Source: Candidatus Deferrimicrobiaceae bacterium (GTDB lineage: Bacteria; Desulfobacterota; Deferrimicrobia; Deferrimicrobiales; Deferrimicrobiaceae). From it: DNA of 64,000 bases. Both the position numbers and the translations under genes were made by a program. The stretch is taken from NCBI GenBank assembly GCA_963792415.1, contig CAWBVY010000007.1:160001-224000 (forward strand). Direction: 5' to 3'. The notes beneath the pieces are model-generated. The model made no database searches, had not been told where the DNA came from, and saw only the letters and a list, made by a program, of their open reading frames with translations. Shown here piece by piece: positions 57,795 through 64,000 of this stretch; positions within the stretch are counted from its first letter, which is position 1; each line of letters starts with the position of its first letter.

Positions 57795-60092
57795 ATGGAA
57801 GATACCTCCCCCAGAGAAGAGGCGCGGACCGGCGAGGATCGGGTGCGGCAGACCTTACCCGTCGCGGGGATGACGTGCGCCTCCTGCGTGGGGCGGGTCG
57901 AGCGGGCGCTTCGGAAGGTCCCCGGGGTCGCGGTCGCGTCCGTCAACCTGGCGGCGCAGACGGCGAGCGTGGAGTCCCTGCCCGGGGTCGTCTCCGTGGA
58001 GGATCTGCGGACCGCCGTCGAAGGGGCGGGGTACACGGTGCCGGAGGTGTCGCCGGGGGAGGACCCGGTCGCCCGGCAGGAACGGACGCAGCGCGAGGAG
58101 GAGCGGGCCCTCCTGACGCGGCTGCGCGTCGGCGTCGTCCTGGGCGTTCCGCTTCTCCTGCTCTCCCACTGGGAGCTTTTCGCGGGGCGCGGCGGCCTGC
58201 CGGTTTCTCCCTTCCTCCTGGCGCTCGTGCAGTTCCTCCTCGCCACGCCGATCCAGTTCTACGTCGGCGCCCGCTTCTACCGCGGCGCGTGGGTCGTCGC
58301 CCGGCACGGTTCCACCGACATGAACACCCTCGTCGCGCTGGGCACTTCGGTGGCGTACCTCTACAGCGCGATCGCCGCCTTCCTCCCTTCCCTGGTTTCC
58401 GCCGAGGGGCTCGTCGTGCACCTGTACTTCGAGACGTCCGCGGCGATCATCGTCCTCGTCCTGCTGGGCCGCTACTTCGAGTCCCGGGCGCGGGGGAAGA
58501 CGTCGGACGCGGTGAAGAAGCTGATCGGCCTCGCGCCGAAGACCGCCCGGGTCGTGCGCGGCGGGGACGAGGTGGACGTCCCCCTCGAGTCGGTCGTCGT
58601 CGGGGAGCGCGTGGTGGTCCGCCCGGGGGAGAAGATCCCGGTCGACGGGACGGTCGCCGAGGGCCGGTCCGCGGTCGACGAGTCGATGCTCACCGGGGAG
58701 CCGATCCCGGTCGAGAAGGTGCCGGGCAGCGCGGTGACCGGCGGGACGATGAGCCTCGACGGGCGGCTCCTCTTCACGGCGACGCGCGTGGGGAAGGACA
58801 CCGTCCTCGCGCGCATCGTCGCGATCGTGCGGGAGGCGCAGGGGAGCAAGCCCCCGATCGGGCGGCTCGCGGACGTGATCGCGTCGTACTTCGTCCCCGC
58901 GGTGATGGCGGCGGCGCTCCTCACGTTCCTCGCGTGGTTCCTCCTCGGGCCGGAGCCGCGGTGGACGTACGCCATGGTCAGCATGATCTCCGTCCTGATC
59001 ATCGCCTGCCCGTGCGCGATGGGGCTCGCCACGCCCACGTCGATCATGGTCGCCACCGGGAGGGGGGCGGAGCTCGGGATCCTCGTGCGGGACGGCGCCG
59101 CGCTGGAGACCGCTCAGAAGGTGGACACGGTCGTCCTCGACAAGACCGGCACGGTGACGAAAGGGAGGCCGGAGCTCGGCGAGGTGCGGCTTGCCGCGGG
59201 GGGCGCGTTCCGGGGAGAGGAAGGAGAGCGGGAGCTTCTCCGCCTCGCGGCCCGCGCGGAGAGCGGCTCCGGGCACCCGCTGGCCGACGCGGTCGTGCGC
59301 GGGGCGAAGGACCGGGGGATCGACGTCGCGGCGCCGGAAACGTTCGTCTCCGTTCCGGGTCGGGGGATCCGGGCATCGGTTTCCGGACGCGCGGTCCTCG
59401 TCGGGAACCTCGCCTGGCTCGAAGGGGAGGGGATCGACCCGGCGGCGCTCGATAGCGACGTGCGGAAGATCGCCGACGTGGGCGGCATACCGATCTGCGT
59501 CGCGGTGGACGGGGTGGCGGCGGGCGTCCTCTCCGTGGCCGACGAGGTGAAGGCCGGCGCAGCGGAAGCGATCCGCCGTCTGCGCGGGATGGGATTGGAC
59601 GTCGTCATGCTGACGGGGGACAACCGGCGGACCGCGGAGGCGGTCGCGGAAACGGTCGGGATCTCCCGGGTGATCGCGGAGGTTCTTCCGGACCGGAAGG
59701 CGCACGAGATCCGGGCGCTCCAGGCGGAGGGGAAGGTCGTCGCGATGGCGGGGGACGGGATCAACGACGCCCCGGCGCTCGCGCAGGCCGACGTCGGCAT
59801 CGCGATGGGGACCGGCGCGGACATCGCCGTGGAGTCGGGGGACCTGGTGCTGATGGGAGGGGAGCTTCGGGGGGTGGCCGACGCCATCTCCCTGAGCCGC
59901 GCCACCCTGCGCAACATCCGGCAGAACCTGTTCTGGGCGTTCGCCTACAATGTCGTGCTCATCCCGGTCGCCGCTGGAGTACTCTATCCTTCGTTCCGGC
60001 TGCTGCTGAACCCGGTGTACGCCGCCGCCGCGATGGGGCTCTCCTCGGTGACGGTCGTCGCCAACGCCCTGCGCTTGCGTCGATTCCGATAG
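57795..60092 (+). CDS. copA: Cu(I)-translocating P1B-type ATPase
   Basis: GMTCASC HMA domain, [23 protein letters not shown] and MGLSS. Confidence 0.95.
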   Translation: MEDTSPREEARTGEDRVRQTLPVAGMTCASCVGRVERALRKVPGVAVASVNLAAQTASVESLPGVVSVEDLRTAVEGAGYTVPEVSPGEDPVARQERTQREEERALLTRLRVGVVLGVPLLLLSHWELFAGRGGLPVSPFLLALVQFLLATPIQFYVGARFYRGAWVVARHGSTDMNTLVALGTSVAYLYSAIAAFLPSLVSAEGLVVHLYFETSAAIIVLVLLGRYFESRARGKTSDAVKKLIGLAPKTARVVRGGDEVDVPLESVVVGERVVVRPGEKIPVDGTVAEGRSAVDESMLTGEPIPVEKVPGSAVTGGTMSLDGRLLFTATRVGKDTVLARIVAIVREAQGSKPPIGRLADVIASYFVPAVMAAALLTFLAWFLLGPEPRWTYAMVSMISVLIIACPCAMGLATPTSIMVATGRGAELGILVRDGAALETAQKVDTVVLDKTGTVTKGRPELGEVRLAAGGAFRGEEGERELLRLAARAESGSGHPLADAVVRGAKDRGIDVAAPETFVSVPGRGIRASVSGRAVLVGNLAWLEGEGIDPAALDSDVRKIADVGGIPICVAVDGVAAGVLSVADEVKAGAAEAIRRLRGMGLDVVMLTGDNRRTAEAVAETVGISRVIAEVLPDRKAHEIRALQAEGKVVAMAGDGINDAPALAQADVGIAMGTGADIAVESGDLVLMGGELRGVADAISLSRATLRNIRQNLFWAFAYNVVLIPVAAGVLYPSFRLLLNPVYAAAAMGLSSVTVVANALRLRRFR

Positions 60093-60105
60093 GAAACGAG
60101 GGGGA

Positions 60106-61284
60106 ATGGAGAAGGAAGAGAAAGGGCGGGTCGTTACGGACCCGGCGGAGTTTCGCGACCTGGTCGCCGTGCTGCGCACATCCGGGAAGGTCGGGTTCGA
60201 CACCGAGTTCGTGGGGGAGCGGACCTACTTCCCCCGTCTCTGCCTGATCCAGCTCGGCACGGAGACGATGTCCGTCGCGGTGGACCCTCTCGCCGTCGGC
60301 GACCTGTCGCCGCTCGACGATCTGCTCTTCGACGCCTCGGTCCTCAAGCTGGTGCACGCCGGGTGGCAGGATCTGAAGATCATCCACCAGAGGACCGGGC
60401 GGGTCCCCGCGCCGGTCTTCGACACCCAGATCGCCGCGGCCCTGCTCGGGCTTCCCGCACAGGCGGCGTACGCGTCGGTGGTCCACGAGTTCCTGCGGGT
60501 CGAGGTGAAGAAGGGGCACTCCTACTCCGACTGGGCCGCCCGCCCCCTCTCCCCGTCGCAGCTCGCCTATGCCCTGGACGACGTCCGGTATCTCCCCGCG
60601 CTGCACGACCGGATGGTCGAACGGCTGGGGATGGAAGGGCGCCTCTCCTGGATCGAACCCGAAATCGCCGCGTTGTCCTCGCCCGCCTCCTATGAGACGG
60701 ACCCTCAACTGGAGTACCGCCGCGTCAAGGGGTGGGCGGCCCTGGACCGTCGCCGCCTGGCGGTGCTCCGCGCCCTGATCGCGTGGCGGGAAGGAGAGGC
60801 GAGGCGCCGGGACGTCCCCCGCCGTCGCGTGCTGGCCGATGAGAGCGCGCTGGCGATCGCCCGCAGCAAGCCCGCCAACGAGGAGGCGCTGCGTCGCGTG
60901 CGCGGGCTGGAGTGGAAGGCCGGGGGCACGTCGTCGACGGCCGTCCTTGCGATCGTGCGGGACGCCCTCGCCTTGCCGGAGGATCAACTCCCGGAGGCCG
61001 CCCCCTCAAGGCCCCGCGGCAACGGGGACCGCGCCTCGGTCGTGGGGCTCCTGGGCGCGCTCGTCCGGTCCCGTTCGCGCGTGCACCGGGTCGCGCCGGA
61101 GGTGCTGACGAACACGGACGAACTGGAGCGGCTGGCGGCCGGGGAGCGGGAAGGGATCGGGGTGCTGTCGGGGTGGCGGCGCGATCTCCTGGGGAAGGAA
61201 CTGCTGGCCCTGCTCGACGGGCGGCTCTCCCTCGTCATCCACCGAGGCGAAGTCGCCGTCGAGGAGAGGGACGCCGCCAAGTGA
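60106..61284 (+). CDS. rnd: Ribonuclease D
   Basis: DTEF...YFPRLCLIQ, FDTQIAA, SDW..RPL and YALDDV; HRDC domain. Confidence 0.93.
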   Translation: MEKEEKGRVVTDPAEFRDLVAVLRTSGKVGFDTEFVGERTYFPRLCLIQLGTETMSVAVDPLAVGDLSPLDDLLFDASVLKLVHAGWQDLKIIHQRTGRVPAPVFDTQIAAALLGLPAQAAYASVVHEFLRVEVKKGHSYSDWAARPLSPSQLAYALDDVRYLPALHDRMVERLGMEGRLSWIEPEIAALSSPASYETDPQLEYRRVKGWAALDRRRLAVLRALIAWREGEARRRDVPRRRVLADESALAIARSKPANEEALRRVRGLEWKAGGTSSTAVLAIVRDALALPEDQLPEAAPSRPRGNGDRASVVGLLGALVRSRSRVHRVAPEVLTNTDELERLAAGEREGIGVLSGWRRDLLGKELLALLDGRLSLVIHRGEVAVEERDAAK

Positions 61285-61892
61285 TGCGCTGTGTACTCAG
61301 GCTCCGGGCTCCCGTTCCCCGTGTTGTCGCCGCCTTGCTGATCGGCGGCCTCCTCTTCACGCAGGGAGGGTGCGCGGCGGGCGGGAGCGCGGGGAAGGGC
61401 CCCGGAGCGGTCCAGGCGATGGAAGCGCCGACTCCGTTCTCGACGATCATCGCAGGAGTCCCGTTCCTTCCGCAAGAGGACGACACGTGCGGCCCCTCCT
61501 CCCTCGCGATGGTCCTCGGGTTCCTGGGGAACGAAGTCAGCACGCAGGAAATCGTCCGGGAGACCCGGACGGAGGGATTGAAGGGGACGCTCATCACCGA
61601 CCTGGCCGGCGCCGCCCGGCGGCGGGGGTTCGCGGCGGAGGTCGCGGACCTCGACCTCCAGCGACTGCGGGAGCGGATTTCGGCAGGCGACCCCGTGATC
61701 CTGCTGGTCGACCTCGGCGTCTGGAGCTGGAGCCGTCCGCACTACCTGGTGGCGTACGGCTGGACCCCGGAAGGCGTGGTTGCGCATTCCGGTCGCGAGC
61801 GGGGGAAGGTGATCCCGTTCGCTGCGCTGGATGCGCAGTGGGCGAAGATGGGGCGGCTGGCGATCCTCGTTGGCCGGAAAGGACCGCGTTGA
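61284..61892 (+). CDS. Peptidase C39-like (PA2778-like) protein, probably exported
   Basis: VPFLPQEDDTCGPSSLAM (Gln/Cys), HYLVAYG (His) and HSG. Confidence 0.78.
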   Translation: MRCVLRLRAPVPRVVAALLIGGLLFTQGGCAAGGSAGKGPGAVQAMEAPTPFSTIIAGVPFLPQEDDTCGPSSLAMVLGFLGNEVSTQEIVRETRTEGLKGTLITDLAGAARRRGFAAEVADLDLQRLRERISAGDPVILLVDLGVWSWSRPHYLVAYGWTPEGVVAHSGRERGKVIPFAALDAQWAKMGRLAILVGRKGPR

Positions 61893-62581
61893 TGGTGGAA
61901 AAAACGCATCTTCGGTCGTGGCGGCGCGTGCTGCCGTTCCTGCTCGTCCTCCTCGTGGCCGGCGGCTGCTCCCGCGTCCCGAAGATCATCGTCCTGGAAG
62001 ACCCGCTGACCGCGGAAGAGCACGTCCAGCTCGGCGTCGCCTACGAGCGGAAGGGGGAACTCGATCTCGCGCAGAGGGAATATGAACGGGCTCTCCGGAA
62101 GGACGGGAAACTCTTCCGTGCCCGCGTCAACCTGGGGAACGTTTTCCTGGCGAAGAAGGAGTACGGGAAAGCCCGCGAGGAGTACCTCCAGGCGCTGGAA
62201 CTGCGGCCGGGGGATGCCGAGGCGACCAACAACCTTTCCTGGGCCGCCATCGACTCCGGAGAGGGGATCGAGGAGGCGCTGGCCCGGATGGAGGCGGTGG
62301 TCTCTGCCCCCCCCGTTTCTCCTGCTGCGGGGGTACCCCAGCAGCGCGAAGCTCGTGCTGGGGCGGGCCGCAACCCGGTCTACCTGGACACGCTGGGGGT
62401 TCTCCGGATGCACGCAAACCGCCCCGGTGAGGCGGAGGAGGCCCTCGTCCTGGCCGAGTCGCTGTGCCGGAAGGCAGGCGCCGCACCTCGGGATGGCGGT
62501 AACAACGACGCGCTGTGCCCGGAAGAGGTTCTCCGGGAGATCGGGGAGCACCGCGAGGAATTGCGGAGGCGATTCCCTTAG
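61892..62581 (+). CDS. TPR-repeat lipoprotein
   Basis: Lipobox AGGC; TPR helices (LGVAY, NLGNVF, NNLSW, DTLG). Confidence 0.85.
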   Translation: MVEKTHLRSWRRVLPFLLVLLVAGGCSRVPKIIVLEDPLTAEEHVQLGVAYERKGELDLAQREYERALRKDGKLFRARVNLGNVFLAKKEYGKAREEYLQALELRPGDAEATNNLSWAAIDSGEGIEEALARMEAVVSAPPVSPAAGVPQQREARAGAGRNPVYLDTLGVLRMHANRPGEAEEALVLAESLCRKAGAAPRDGGNNDALCPEEVLREIGEHREELRRRFP

Positions 62582-62588
62582 AGAGGCT

Positions 62589-62621
62589 CCGGGGCGGAGG
62601 CAGGGACGCCACCCGCCCCGG
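62589..62621. terminator. Hairpin between convergent genes (possible terminator)
   Basis: CCGGGGCGG...CCGCCCCGG inverted repeat; no U-tract. Confidence 0.4.
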
Positions 62622-62632
62622 GATTCAATCCG

Positions 62633-64000
62633 CTATTTCGATGCCGTCTTCTTCTCGAGAGCGTCGTTGATCAGTTTTATCCCTTTTCGCGACTCCTCTA
62701 CCGACCTCGTCAACGACTCCCGGGCCAGGGTCGGGTTGTGGAAGCCGTCGGAGTTCTCCGCCGTCCACCACTCCCAGAGGACGTGCGCCTTCTGGTGCTG
62801 CTCCTGCGCCTCCTTGATCGTCTCGGGGGGCAGCCCCGACTTCTTCCCCTCGACGATCTTGTCGATCAGGGCCGAGAGCCAGAACTCCGCCTTCCGCATC
62901 TTCCCCTTGGTGAAGTTCCGGACGGAGTCGATCTCGTAATTTGCCTGTGTCTCCGTCAGGTCCGGGTGGCACTTCGACGTGAGGCACGTCTGCCTCAGAT
63001 AATTCCGCGGACTCGTCTGCCAGTGAGAGGTGTACACCTTCCCCTTCGCGTTGCGCACCTTCGGCATGTGGCAGGAGTTGCAGCTCGCCCCCGCCCTGTC
63101 GTGCGTCGATCCCCAGAACGTCTCCGCCTCCGGGTGCTGGGCCTTCCACAGGAGCCCGCCGGTCAAGGTGTGCTTGAAGTCGCGGAACCCGAGGTCGTTG
63201 TAATGATCGTAGATCTGGAGGACGTTCTTGAACGGGAAGTGGTTCGTCCTCTGATCCGACGCCTTGATCGAGTATTCGCCGGTCTTCGTGTCGAAGCCGG
63301 GGTTGCAGTTATACTCGACGTGGCACTGGCCGCACTGCAGCTTCGCGTCGTACTTCTCCAGCAGGGCGATCTTCCGGAAACCGCCGCGGTACTCCTTCAC
63401 GTCGATCTTCGTCGCCTTCGGGTCCTTGTGCCAGAGCGTGTCCTTCTCCGGGCGGGTCAGCGCCTGGATCAGGCCGTCACGAACGATCCGGGGCTTCGTC
63501 GCGTGCGGGTCGTGGCACATGAAACAGTTCATCGCCGTGTTCAGTTCCTTCACGTATTCCACCACGTTCGAACCGCGGTTCCACTTCGCCCGATCGTCCT
63601 TGTCCCCCATGTACTTCCACTGGAGGATCTTGTCCTGCGTCTTGCACTGCAGGCAGGTCGGGTTCGCCGCCGCCGCGCTCTCCGGGAGGAACGCCTTGTG
63701 CTCCTTGTTGTCCGGGTACCGGTCGACGAGCACGTCCCAAGCGTTCACCGGTCCCGGCATGGATACGTATCCCCACCCGTCCTTCGCCTGGAACCGCCCG
63801 CCGTACGCCCGGTCGACGATCAGGTGGTCGACGAGCATGAAGGCGTGGCTGCGTGGGTTGGCGTGTTCCTTCGTAAAGCCGTGCCCCATCATCAATTTGT
63901 CCCAGAACGGGTTCGGGGCGCGCTCCGTAAGGAGCGACTTCTCCGTTCGCGCAGGCTTCTTCAGATTCAGGGTCGCGAAACTCGCGTACTGGTCCGGGTG
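62633..64000 (-). CDS. Ammonia-forming cytochrome c nitrite reductase, octaheme (TvNiR-like) type, 5' partial
   Basis: CLQCK catalytic heme; CFMCH, CGQCH, CNSCH and CLTSKCH; PRSHAFMLVDH..DRAYGGRFQ, CHVEYNCNPG and WEWWTAENS.GFHNP; frame open to the window edge. Confidence 0.92.
   Translation of the reverse strand, partial: HPDQYASFATLNLKKPARTEKSLLTERAPNPFWDKLMMGHGFTKEHANPRSHAFMLVDHLIVDRAYGGRFQAKDGWGYVSMPGPVNAWDVLVDRYPDNKEHKAFLPESAAAANPTCLQCKTQDKILQWKYMGDKDDRAKWNRGSNVVEYVKELNTAMNCFMCHDPHATKPRIVRDGLIQALTRPEKDTLWHKDPKATKIDVKEYRGGFRKIALLEKYDAKLQCGQCHVEYNCNPGFDTKTGEYSIKASDQRTNHFPFKNVLQIYDHYNDLGFRDFKHTLTGGLLWKAQHPEAETFWGSTHDRAGASCNSCHMPKVRNAKGKVYTSHWQTSPRNYLRQTCLTSKCHPDLTETQANYEIDSVRNFTKGKMRKAEFWLSALIDKIVEGKKSGLPPETIKEAQEQHQKAHVLWEWWTAENSDGFHNPTLARESLTRSVEESRKGIKLINDALEKKTASK

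Overview
GC-rich bacterial chromosomal window. Gene content (Sec-containing Fdn, octaheme nitrite reductase, FdhD-MobA fusion, DraT/DraG) suggests an anaerobically respiring deltaproteobacterium-like organism; this is inference only. In order it holds: the end of an arsenic-resistance cluster (thioredoxin-like, acr3, ArsP-type permease); a minus-strand draT-draG-rtcB-archease block with no nif genes in the window; an OsmC/gamma-CA/PaaI operon; two divergent efflux operons; an epmA-MFS-ALDH block; a DsbA-like/di-heme cytochrome pair; an fdnGHI-fdhE-fdhD/mobA operon; leuCD-aguBA followed by a 42-aa four-Cys protein and a radical SAM enzyme; a GrdB/PrdB-like-serA-acyl-CoA ligase operon; usp; a second RND pump; a heavily frameshifted multicopper oxidase with a two-component system; an integrase-less island at tRNA-Arg(TCT) carrying hpt, ade and a truncated thi4; then copA, rnd, a C39-like peptidase, a TPR protein and a partial octaheme nitrite reductase. 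Four genes that the ORF track splits are single selenoprotein genes (OsmC-like, DsbA-like, FdnG, GrdB/PrdB-like). Each has an in-frame TGA at a catalytic Cys/Sec position followed by a SECIS-like hairpin. The best candidates for something undescribed are the nif-less DraT/DraG pair beside the RtcB-archease RNA-repair genes, the Sec-DsbA coupled to a non-canonical di-heme enzyme, and the orphan Sec-GrdB-like operon. All calls come from motif recognition by eye; no searches were run.
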